NCBI GenBank assembly: GCA_043747615.1
Contig: JAYTOU010000033.1
Span: 113,734-177,733 of the forward strand
Direction of reading: 5' to 3'
Source of the DNA: Myxococcales bacterium
GTDB lineage: Bacteria > Myxococcota_A > Polyangia > Polyangiales > Polyangiaceae
DNA length: 64,000 bases
Under the pieces are notes generated by a model. That model saw only the letters and a list, made by a program, of their open reading frames with translations. It was not told where the DNA came from and did not search any database. Below, piece by piece: positions 10,201 through 17,575 of the stretch (its first letter is position 1; each line of letters begins with the position of its first letter). The position numbers and the translations under genes are program-made.

Positions 10201-10372
10201 GATGGACGACGTGCTCGTGAACTTCGATGGTCTGCGCGCGAAGCAGCTCCTCCTAGCCCTTCGTGACGTCTCGCTCCAGACCCAGGTACTCTTCTTCACG
10301 TGCCATCCGCACATCGTCGCGCTCGCCCGCGACGTGTTTCCCGACGCGCGCGCCATCGCGATCGATCGCTAG
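7232..10372 (+). CDS. yhaN: SMC/SbcC-like AAA ATPase (YhaN type)
   Basis: Walker A GPNEAGKTT, long coiled coil, signature LSTGT, Walker B/D-loop IVMDDVLVNFD, FTCHPH; TTGA overlap with yhaO. Confidence 0.88.
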   Translation: MKISAFEIESFGHFRSKTFDVKAPFVLLHGPNEAGKTTLLAFLRGLLFGFGEKNPYAFDRNEEMAGSATVRLRSGESLSFRRRKGRKNPIDGQLGEGKTPVDEAKLFSLLGDANAALFENVFAFGLAELGLGEKSLAHASLTSAIYAGALGGGRDVRAVLASLDASLGALFKDRGKNQPIAASFAEYIRLRDASQAAALRAKDFALVLDQSTEANARAAGLKAKLEAERTELDALERIQKALPLFARRQAAVAELSTLEAVPGTNEAARRRVIERAAEIRRLAFEEVQLRATQDIADPKKELRALAADVARRMPGWDLDTLRTRAPDVLRIQELTSARALLDSKLENFGAAIADAEKQLAHVALEKKEHETELARAPDEALREVVERAPIHAELARAREVRRARCESLSRDLQTTRARLEPPVEMKDPRVPDVEVVREQRAVFEALTLAHQRASDELSRARKTVSDLAEDTGAATSTRSLPTLESLADTRAYRDKGIELLGEKEDLFVAAARKSWLGKRRILLADAVREAVVVADVEADTLFANAAGVTARAAQVAALEAATARVVTCEGVLGATGERLTAFTTTWNALWRPAGIVPFPPARMEAWLLDFDRIARSEGELRRAEEEMVTIDERLHAFLGEMKRLLPDAGPGDDPAALSERCKKRLASLQSARARIEESDRQRERLEKLVARTRALAADLAEPVGAWKNAWASVAAPFGDAAPEEVNRRASELAEARTKLVLLEERTAYRRVNEEARAIWQAQLDALYNQLTSELDGRTCAPLVELLERAEHAQALERATTALEDQIAGAAGATARATFFEVLAQSSPIEVEARRTEIARSLSASSTAFEQTLREAAVAENAWARLDGTSESARLLMEAESKRTELGELVDRWAPMAIARHVLTESIARFERENQPALLTRVSALFEQVTTGEYVRVRQRLGEHDLLVVARGGAERKVDQLSTGTRELLFLAIRLAYVGEYCEKNEPLPIVMDDVLVNFDGLRAKQLLLALRDVSLQTQVLFFTCHPHIVALARDVFPDARAIAIDR

Positions 10373-10384
10373 ACGCGAGAGGAG

Positions 10385-10405
10385 CTCGGCTGCGGCGCGG
10401 CTGAG
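10385..10405 (+). terminator. GC-rich hairpin after yhaN
   Basis: CTCGGCTGC-ggc-GCGGCTGAG, 9 bp with two G-U pairs (favours the + transcript); no U tract. Confidence 0.35.
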
Positions 10406-10407
10406 AT

Positions 10408-10517
10408 GGGGGTGGCCTCCGAGGTAGGTTTTCGTTCGCCAGTGACGCGACGAGCCCGTCCGCACGAGCAGCGCTCACCGGGCAGACCGGGATGAGTCTC
10501 CATCCCCGCCCCCACCA
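10408..10517 (+). ncRNA. Candidate tRNA-like structured RNA
   Basis: 7-bp terminal stem GGGGGTG/CGCCCCC followed by ACCA; hairpin GGGATG-agtctc-CATCCC abuts the 3' strand; two or three further internal hairpins. No canonical T-loop. Confidence 0.3.
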
Positions 10518-10538
10518 CGTGCGACAGATCGACGAGCG

Positions 10539-12527
10539 TCACTTGGAAGGAGCGGGTTGGTCGACGATGGTGATGTCGCGCAGGAGCTCCTTGAAGCTCA
10601 CGCGGAGCTCGGCGAGCTTGGAGTCGATCTCCACGGCCTGCTTCGTGATGTCGTCGAGGCGGGTCGCCATGTCTCCGAGACGGCCCGTGAGCTTCGCTTG
10701 GAGCGCCCCGGCCGACTTGTTTTTCTCGATGGCCCGAAGGTTTCGCCGCGTCTCTTCGGTCTGTTGCGAGAGGTTATTTTGCTCGACGGACAGCCGCTGG
10801 CGCGCCTCGCTCTTGGCGACTATTTCGTTTCGGAGCTTCCACGCCGCGGTCAGCTTGGCGGCCGTCGCGCGGTCCGCCTTGGGGTCGACGAGGTAAGCCT
10901 TGACGGCGTTGTCGGCGACGACCGTGAACCAATCGGTGACCCGGCGAATGATGGCGCGCTCGTCCACGACCAGCTCGCTCGTGGCATGCGGGGGGACGCC
11001 CGACGGAACGAGCGCCGAGCCCGTTCCCACGTTGTCCTCGGTGTTCTTCGGCGGGTTGAACAAGCGCGTCCCGTTGATGCGGGAGTGTTTCACCAGCATC
11101 TTGGCAGGAAGATCGCCGCCGTTGCGCAGCCGGTACTTCGTCTGGGTGACCGCATCGCGCTCCACCGTCAGCTCGCCATTTTCGATCTTCGCGATCCGCT
11201 CGCCGAGCTCGTCGAACTTTTGCTCTTTGTCCACCGCGAGCGCGCGTTCGAGCGCGAAAGGGACTGTCGCCGACGCCGCATCCGGGAGCGGATCGACCAT
11301 GCCTTGACCAAGAAAAGACCCAGCCTCGAACACCGCGATCGGACCGCGCTCGAGAACGCCACCGGTGCGATTGGAGAAGCGCGCTACGCGAAACGGGTGA
11401 CTCATCGAGTCCGGAACGCCGCCATCGGGTGCGAAGAGAAAAATCGCCTCGCCCGGCACGCGCTTCGACAGGAGCATGACCATCGTCGCGCTCTTGTCAG
11501 GCACGGTCACGGTCACCGGCAGATCGTAGCGCGTCGTTCCGCCTTCCACGGCGACGGCCGCGAGCGAGCGCATGTTCCGCGGAGCAGAAATATTTCTTTC
11601 CATCGGGGGCGGAGGTGGCGGCGACATCGGGGCGCGCATTTTAGCGGGCGCAGGAGCGGTAGACGCTGTCGCCGCGGGCGCCGTCACTCTCTTGTCCTGC
11701 GAACGTCGGGCAAGGCCACCCGGACCACCGCCCTTGCCCCCCATCGCTTCGGTCTTGGGAGCGGTCGCACGTGGGCTGTCCGATTGCGCTTGCGGGTCCG
11801 CATCGGGCTCCTCGTCCCGCGGTTGCGACGCTTCCTTCGCGACAGGGGCTGCGGGCGCTAGCTCTTGGCGGAGCGAGGTTTCCGATTTCGGAACCGCTGC
11901 GATGACCTCGCCCTCGTCGGTCACGATCGGCCGCGTCGGAATGACCGGGGTCGCGAGCTGCGTTTCGAAGGCGAGAGGAGCGCCGGCAACGAGCGACAAG
12001 CGAACGTCCTTCCAATCTTCGCCCGACAGGTTCTGCACGATTCCCCACGCCTGAAGGTCGGCCTCACCGCCCGGCTGGACGACGAGGCGGTACGAAGGCC
12101 GCCACACGGGAGACTCGGCGATGTACCCGATGCTGAGATCATGGGCGCGCCCGTCGAGCGACAAAACAACCGTTTTTAGCCCTTTTTTCTCGTCGTCCGT
12201 CTTTTTCTTCTTCGGCGCGTCGTCCCCCTCGTTGTCGGCATCGACGTTCAGCGGGAAGGCTGCGGCCCGCACGGAGCTTCCACCCCGCTCGATCACCGCG
12301 AGGCTCGCGAGAAAATCGCCGACCTCCGTCTCCTTCATCTTGAAGCGAACTTCCGTGTCCTCGACGTGCCCCGACCGCTCGAAGTAGCCGACCCCGTTCC
12401 GGTAGAGGACCACCTTCTTGAGCGGGAGCGCGTCGGTCGACACGAGCGCCTCACGGCCGCAACCGACGGCAAAGACCGTGAGAAGGATGGCGCATCCGGA
12501 TCGCGAAGCTTTCCCGGCGTTTTTCAT
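10539..12527 (-). CDS. DUF4139-domain protein, probable lipoprotein
   Basis: FAVGC lipobox; LKKVVLYRNGVGYFERSG, YIAESPVWRPSYRL, AWGIVQNLSGEDW.DV.LSLVAG.P; C-terminal coiled coil. Confidence 0.85.
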   Translation of the reverse strand: MKNAGKASRSGCAILLTVFAVGCGREALVSTDALPLKKVVLYRNGVGYFERSGHVEDTEVRFKMKETEVGDFLASLAVIERGGSSVRAAAFPLNVDADNEGDDAPKKKKTDDEKKGLKTVVLSLDGRAHDLSIGYIAESPVWRPSYRLVVQPGGEADLQAWGIVQNLSGEDWKDVRLSLVAGAPLAFETQLATPVIPTRPIVTDEGEVIAAVPKSETSLRQELAPAAPVAKEASQPRDEEPDADPQAQSDSPRATAPKTEAMGGKGGGPGGLARRSQDKRVTAPAATASTAPAPAKMRAPMSPPPPPPMERNISAPRNMRSLAAVAVEGGTTRYDLPVTVTVPDKSATMVMLLSKRVPGEAIFLFAPDGGVPDSMSHPFRVARFSNRTGGVLERGPIAVFEAGSFLGQGMVDPLPDAASATVPFALERALAVDKEQKFDELGERIAKIENGELTVERDAVTQTKYRLRNGGDLPAKMLVKHSRINGTRLFNPPKNTEDNVGTGSALVPSGVPPHATSELVVDERAIIRRVTDWFTVVADNAVKAYLVDPKADRATAAKLTAAWKLRNEIVAKSEARQRLSVEQNNLSQQTEETRRNLRAIEKNKSAGALQAKLTGRLGDMATRLDDITKQAVEIDSKLAELRVSFKELLRDITIVDQPAPSK

Positions 12528-12593
12528 CCCGGCATCTACGCATGAGTCCGGTTGCGCGGTCTATGTCAAAGCCAAAGGCGAGCCACCTGAGCT

Positions 12594-12610
12594 TTGGCAT
12601 GATTGTCGCT
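12594..12610 (+). promoter_or_regulatory. Sigma54 -24/-12 site upstream of rpoN
   Basis: TTGGCATGATTGTCGCT; GG-N10-GC spacing is exact; two mismatches to TGGCACG-N4-TTGC. Confidence 0.55.
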
Positions 12611-12627
12611 TAGCGTCGGCAAAAGAG

Positions 12628-12636
12628 TGTTAAGCT
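12628..12636 (+). promoter_or_regulatory. Extended -10 (TG-T-TAAGCT) for rpoN
   Basis: TGnTAnnnT ending 8 nt before the ATG; no strong Shine-Dalgarno. Confidence 0.5.
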
Positions 12637-12644
12637 GAGCGAGT

Positions 12645-14171
12645 ATGGAAATAAAGCAACAGCTCAAACTCAGTCAGCAGCTCGTCATGACGCCGCAGCT
12701 GCAGCAGGCCATTCGCCTCCTCCAGCTGTCTCGGATGGAGCTGATCGACGAGATTCGGAAAGAGCTCGACGCGAACCCGGTTCTGGCGGACGACGAGATC
12801 GATCCGAAGGCCCGTGGGGCGCAGGCCGAAGGGCTGTCAGGTGATGCCGCGCAAGGCGGAGTCGCCACCGATGAACGCGTGGATCGCATGGAGGCGCTCG
12901 ACCGCCTGAAGAGTGCCGACCCGCAGACCCGCAAAGACGAAAAGACGGCCCAAGACATCGACTGGGAAGCCTTCATCGAGAACCGGACGCTCCAGCAGCC
13001 GCTCCCGGCGAACCGCGGCGGCTTCGACGATCTCCCCCCGATCGAACAGAACCTTACGAAGGCCCAGAGCCTCGTCGATCACCTGAAATGGCAGCTCCAG
13101 CTGAGCGACTTCACCGACGACGAGCGCCGATTTGCCGAGCTCGTGCTGGGAAACCTAGACGAGAACGGATTTTTGGATCTGAAAGGCATCGAGCGCGACA
13201 ACGGCGAGAGGACGCCGGACATCGCGATCGAGCAGCTCGCAGAGGAGTCGGGTCTCGATCCGGAAGATGCTCCCGAAGTGCTGCGGATCATGCAGGAGTG
13301 GGATCCGGTGGGCGCCTGCTCACGCGACCTGAAAGAGTGCCTGCGTGTTCAAGCCGAAGTCTTCAACTACGAAGAGCTCGATCTCACGATCATCGAAAAG
13401 CACCTCCACAATCTGGAGAAGCACAATTACCAGGCGATCGCGCGCGATCTGAAAGTACCGGTCGAAGAGGTCTACGAGTCGGTCAAGGAAATCCAGAAGC
13501 TCGAGAGCCGCCCGGCCCGAAACTTCAGCGAGACCGACGAGCGAACGATCGCGATTACGCCCGACGTCTACGTCATCAAGGACGGCGAAAAGTTCGTGGT
13601 CACCGACAACGATCGCGGCGTCCAGCGTCTCTACATCAACGAAGCGCTGACCAAGAACCTTCTCAAGGATCCGAACGCCAAGGAATTCATCGGAGAAAAG
13701 CTGCGGAATGCGCAGTGGCTCATTCGCGCCATCGAACAGCGCAGAAAGACGATCATCCGGGTGACGGAGTGCATCGTCGACAAGCAGCGCGACTTTTTCG
13801 AAAAAGGCGTCTCGTTCTTGAAGCCCATGATCTTGCGTGACGTGGCCGATACCGTCGGCATGCATGAGTCGACGATCAGCCGGGTGACGACGAACAAATA
13901 CGTCCACACGCCTCAGGGACTCTTCGAGCTCAAGTACTTCTTCAACTCCTCGATTCGCAGGGTGAGCGAGGAAGACATCGCCAGCGAGAGTGTGAAGCAG
14001 GCGATCAAGAAGATCATCGAAGGAGAGGACAAGCAGAACCCGTTGTCGGATCAAGCCATCGTAGAGATACTGGCGAAGAACGACGGCATTCAAATTGCCC
14101 GCCGGACTGTCGCCAAATACCGCGAAATGCTGGGGATCCTCGCTTCAAGCAAACGCAAGAAACTCTTCTAA
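12645..14171 (+). CDS. rpoN: RNA polymerase sigma-54 factor
   Basis: Region I MTPQLQQAIRLLQL, HESTISRVT, RpoN box ARRTVAKYRE. Confidence 0.98.
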   Translation: MEIKQQLKLSQQLVMTPQLQQAIRLLQLSRMELIDEIRKELDANPVLADDEIDPKARGAQAEGLSGDAAQGGVATDERVDRMEALDRLKSADPQTRKDEKTAQDIDWEAFIENRTLQQPLPANRGGFDDLPPIEQNLTKAQSLVDHLKWQLQLSDFTDDERRFAELVLGNLDENGFLDLKGIERDNGERTPDIAIEQLAEESGLDPEDAPEVLRIMQEWDPVGACSRDLKECLRVQAEVFNYEELDLTIIEKHLHNLEKHNYQAIARDLKVPVEEVYESVKEIQKLESRPARNFSETDERTIAITPDVYVIKDGEKFVVTDNDRGVQRLYINEALTKNLLKDPNAKEFIGEKLRNAQWLIRAIEQRRKTIIRVTECIVDKQRDFFEKGVSFLKPMILRDVADTVGMHESTISRVTTNKYVHTPQGLFELKYFFNSSIRRVSEEDIASESVKQAIKKIIEGEDKQNPLSDQAIVEILAKNDGIQIARRTVAKYREMLGILASSKRKKLF

Positions 14172-14292
14172 CGCGAGCCGTTTTTGAGGCGTAGTCTTTA
14201 GGGAGCATCGCCCGTCGGCACCCGCGTGGGAGACAGCGATCCCGCGCACACCTTTCCAAAGCGGTTCCACCTGTCAGGAGGTTCGGCCCATT

Positions 14293-14637
14293 ATGAATAT
14301 CGCCATCACGTTTCGGCATATGGAAGCGACCGAGGCCGTAAAGACGTACGCGACCGAAAAAGTGGGGAAGCTACAAAAGTTCTTGAAGGCGCCTCTCAAG
14401 GGTCAGGTGACGCTAAGCACCCAGCACAAGACCCACACGGCGGAGGTCGACGTTCACTCCGGCCCCGAACATTTCCACGCGCACGAGACGAGCGAGGACA
14501 TGTACGCGACGATCGACAAGGTGCTCGACAAGCTCGAGCGTCAGATTCGGACGGCGAAAGACGTCACGACGACGAAGAAGAAGGGCGCCGACCGCGCGTC
14601 CGATCATCTGATCGCCGACGAGTCGGGCGAGGACTAA
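14293..14637 (+). CDS. hpf: Ribosome hibernation factor (HPF/RaiA, short form)
   Basis: MNIAITFRHMEAT, DMYATID...KLERQIR; GGAGG SD; position after rpoN. Confidence 0.93.
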   Translation: MNIAITFRHMEATEAVKTYATEKVGKLQKFLKAPLKGQVTLSTQHKTHTAEVDVHSGPEHFHAHETSEDMYATIDKVLDKLERQIRTAKDVTTTKKKGADRASDHLIADESGED

Positions 14638-14679
14638 AGCTTTTCGCTTCTTTCCCGCGCCGACAGAGACAAGCTGCTC

Positions 14680-15162
14680 ATGCGACTGACCGAACTTCTC
14701 TCGGTGGACCGAGTCCGCGTCCGAGGGCGAGATGACCGCTCCTCACCCGCATCGCTCTCCAAGAGAGACGCCATCGATGTCTTGGCAGGGCTGCTCGGCG
14801 AAGGCGCGGGTGTTTCTCGCGACGACGTGGCAGACGTTCTCGCCGAGCGCGAGGCGCTTCAGTCGACCGGAATCGGAGATGGCGTGGCCATCCCCCACGG
14901 CGCCCTCCCCAGCCTCGACAAGCAGTGGGCGGCGCTCCTCATCGTTCCGGAAGGAATGGAATTCGAGGCCATCGACGGGACGAAAGTCTATCTGCTCTTC
15001 GCCGTGGTTGGCCCCAAGCGCGCTACGGGCGAGCATCTGAAAACGCTCGCGCGGATCTCCCGTCTCCTTCGAAATAAAGCGTTTCGCGATCAGCTGATTG
15101 CTGCCGAGAGCGGGAAGGTCGCCTACGATCTTCTCGTCGCCGAGGAGACCGACCGGCAATGA
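14680..15162 (+). CDS. ptsN: PTS EIIA (Ntr/Fru type)
   Basis: EREALQSTGIGDGVAIPHG (phospho-His), HLKTLARISRLL. Confidence 0.92.
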   Translation: MRLTELLSVDRVRVRGRDDRSSPASLSKRDAIDVLAGLLGEGAGVSRDDVADVLAEREALQSTGIGDGVAIPHGALPSLDKQWAALLIVPEGMEFEAIDGTKVYLLFAVVGPKRATGEHLKTLARISRLLRNKAFRDQLIAAESGKVAYDLLVAEETDRQ

Positions 15163-15184
15163 GAAAAGACCGGGGGGTCGACGC

Positions 15185-16267
15185 GTGAACGAAATTACAA
15201 CGGCTGGGCTCGCATCCGATCCGCAGCTCTCGATCCAGCTTCGCCGCGTCGCCGGTGAACCTGGGCTCGAGCGGCCGATCCGTCATCCACGCGTGCAGAA
15301 GTCCGGGCTCGCCCTGACCGGTCATTTTTACGGCGTCGTCCCTACCCGCGTTCAGGTCCTCGGGGAGACGGAGCTTTCGTACCTCGATTCGATGAACGGC
15401 GAAGCGCGCAGCGTCGCCGCCCGTGGGTTCTTCACGTTGGGGCTCTCCTGCGTCATCGTCACGAGCAACCGCGAGCCGCCCAAGGCCCTCATTCAGGCGG
15501 CCGAAGCAAGCACGACGCCGCTCTTCGTCTCCGACAACCGATCGAGCCGCACCATCAACGCCGTCCACGCGGTCCTCGATGATCGCCTCGCGCCGCAGAC
15601 CTCGCTACACGGAGTGCTCGTAGACGTCTTCGGAGTCGGCGTTCTCTTGCTCGGAAAAAGTGGGATCGGAAAGAGCGAGTGCGCGCTCGAGCTCGTCCTG
15701 CGCGGTCATCGCCTGGTGGCCGACGATGTCGTCCGCTGCGACTGGCGGCCGCCGGGCATCGTCTTCGGGATGCCGGCCGATCTGCTTCGTCATCACATCG
15801 AGGTCCGCGGCCTCGGGGTGTTGAACGTCAAAGCGCTCTTCGGCGTAACGAGCGTTCGCGAGCGCAAGCGGATCGACATCGTCGTGCGTCTCGCGGAGTG
15901 GGAAGACCACGGAGAGTACGACCGCCTCGGCGTCGAGGAGAAGTTCAACGTCATCTTGGGGACGCCGATTCGCGAGCTCACGGTACCGGTCAGACCGGGG
16001 CGTGACATGGGAACAATCCTCGAGATCGCAGCCCGAAACGAGCTCCTCCGCAGGGCGGGCACCAACTCGTCCGTCGAGTTCATGGGGCGTCTCGAGCAGC
16101 AGCTCGCCACCCGCGGGGTTCTTGACGAGTCCGCGAAGCGCGCGCAGCTCGCCGATTTGCAGTCGCCGCAAACGCCTCGCCAGCGGGACAGCTCGGGCGA
16201 GCTTCAGCGCGCGAACGAGAGCTCCGCATGGATCCCCGCCGTGCGCCCAAAGGTCAACGACGAATGA
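15185..16267 (+). CDS. hprK: HPr(Ser) kinase/phosphorylase
   Basis: HGVLVDVFGVGVLLLGKSGIGKSECALEL, HRLVADD, IEVRGLG, PVRPGR. GTG start at 15185 is inferred. Confidence 0.95.
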   Translation: MNEITTAGLASDPQLSIQLRRVAGEPGLERPIRHPRVQKSGLALTGHFYGVVPTRVQVLGETELSYLDSMNGEARSVAARGFFTLGLSCVIVTSNREPPKALIQAAEASTTPLFVSDNRSSRTINAVHAVLDDRLAPQTSLHGVLVDVFGVGVLLLGKSGIGKSECALELVLRGHRLVADDVVRCDWRPPGIVFGMPADLLRHHIEVRGLGVLNVKALFGVTSVRERKRIDIVVRLAEWEDHGEYDRLGVEEKFNVILGTPIRELTVPVRPGRDMGTILEIAARNELLRRAGTNSSVEFMGRLEQQLATRGVLDESAKRAQLADLQSPQTPRQRDSSGELQRANESSAWIPAVRPKVNDE

Positions 16268-17301
16268 GCCAACACGACACGACGCGGCCGACGGTGGTGG
16301 TAGTTACTGGCCTTTCAGGCGCCGGAAAAACGACGGTGCTCCACACCCTCGAGGACCTCGGCTACTTTTGCGTCGACAACTTGCCGACGGTGCTCGCGCC
16401 CCAAGCCGTCAAGGCTTGCGAAGAAGGCGGGATGACCCGCGTCGCTCTGGGAATGGACGTGCGCGTGCGGGCGTTCTTGGCGTCGACGGGCAAGGTCCTC
16501 GCCGAGCTCTCCGATGACGGCAAGCGCGACGTTCACGTGGTGTTCCTCGATGCATCGGACGAGACGCTCCTTCGTCGCTTCAGCGAGTCGCGTCGTCCTC
16601 ATCCGATGAGCTCGGGGAGCGAAGGCCGCGAGGGGGCCATCGCCGTCCTCGATGGAGTGCGCCTCGAGCGCGAGCGCCTTGCTCCACTCCGCGCGGGTGC
16701 CACCGTGGTCTTCGACACCACTCACCTCTCGGTCCACGAGCTACGCCGCGCCATCATCGCACAGCTCGGCCCCTCCGCGGAGGGGGCCTCGCGCATGCTC
16801 ACCCGGATCGTCTCGTTCGGATTCAAATATGGAATGCCCGCCGACGCCGACGTCGTCCTCGACGTGCGCTTCCTCGACAACCCCTACTTCGTTCCCCACT
16901 TGAAGCAGCTCCCCGGCACGGATCCGAAGGTGGCGGAGTTCGTCCTCGCGCTTCCAGAAGCCCGCACATTCCTCGAAAAAACGAGGGACCTTCTGATGTT
17001 CATGATGCCTAAGTTCGAGCGTGAAGGAAAAAGCTACCTGACCATCGCCATCGGCTGCACCGGCGGTCGGCATCGGTCCGTCGTGCTCACCGAGGCGCTC
17101 GCGGGAGAGCTCGCCCGCGGCACGGCAAAGCCGATCGTGACCATCGTGCATCGCGACGTGGCGCGTGGAGACGCAGCGAAGTACGCGGAGCGCGAGTCGG
17201 TCGAAGGCCTGGATCAGCGCCTCTCGAACATCGAGCTAATGGGAGCGATCAGCGCCCCGCCGCCCCCCGTCTCGACGGATCCCTCGAGAGGCAAGCCGTG
17301 A
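16264..17301 (+). CDS. rapZ: RNase adapter RapZ/YvcJ
   Basis: VTGLSGAGKT, GYFCVDNLP, SFGFKYG, DVRFLDNP, IGCTGGRHRSV; ATGA overlap with hprK. Confidence 0.95.
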   Translation: MSQHDTTRPTVVVVTGLSGAGKTTVLHTLEDLGYFCVDNLPTVLAPQAVKACEEGGMTRVALGMDVRVRAFLASTGKVLAELSDDGKRDVHVVFLDASDETLLRRFSESRRPHPMSSGSEGREGAIAVLDGVRLERERLAPLRAGATVVFDTTHLSVHELRRAIIAQLGPSAEGASRMLTRIVSFGFKYGMPADADVVLDVRFLDNPYFVPHLKQLPGTDPKVAEFVLALPEARTFLEKTRDLLMFMMPKFEREGKSYLTIAIGCTGGRHRSVVLTEALAGELARGTAKPIVTIVHRDVARGDAAKYAERESVEGLDQRLSNIELMGAISAPPPPVSTDPSRGKP

Positions 17302-17573
17302 TCTCGGCCACCGCCAGTTACACGATCGTCAACGCCCTCGGCCTCCACGCGCGCGCCGCGACCAAGCTCGTGCAGCTCGCGTCCAAGTACCCCTGCGACG
17401 TCGAAGTCTCGCGCGACGGCCAGGTTGCAAACGGCAAGAGCGTCATGGGGGTGCTTCTCTTGTGCGGCTCGAGGGGCACCGTGATCGAGGTGAGCGCCAA
17501 GGGCGACCGCGCCGATGAGTGCGTCGAGGCTATCGGCGAGCTCATTGCGAACAGGTTCGGGGAATCGACCTAG
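17298..17573 (+). CDS. ptsH: Phosphocarrier protein HPr/NPr
   Basis: GLHARAA (His15) and NGKSVMG (Ser46). Confidence 0.95.
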   Translation: MISATASYTIVNALGLHARAATKLVQLASKYPCDVEVSRDGQVANGKSVMGVLLLCGSRGTVIEVSAKGDRADECVEAIGELIANRFGEST

Positions 17574-17575
17574 TC

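Noticed and set aside
10408..10517. Canonical tRNA, tmRNA or SRP call
   Set aside because: No T-loop consensus, no G3-U70, no tag ORF and no SRP loop motif; kept only as a tRNA-like candidate.
12564..12569. TTGACA on the minus strand upstream of the DUF4139 gene
   Set aside because: No -10 at 16-18 bp spacing.
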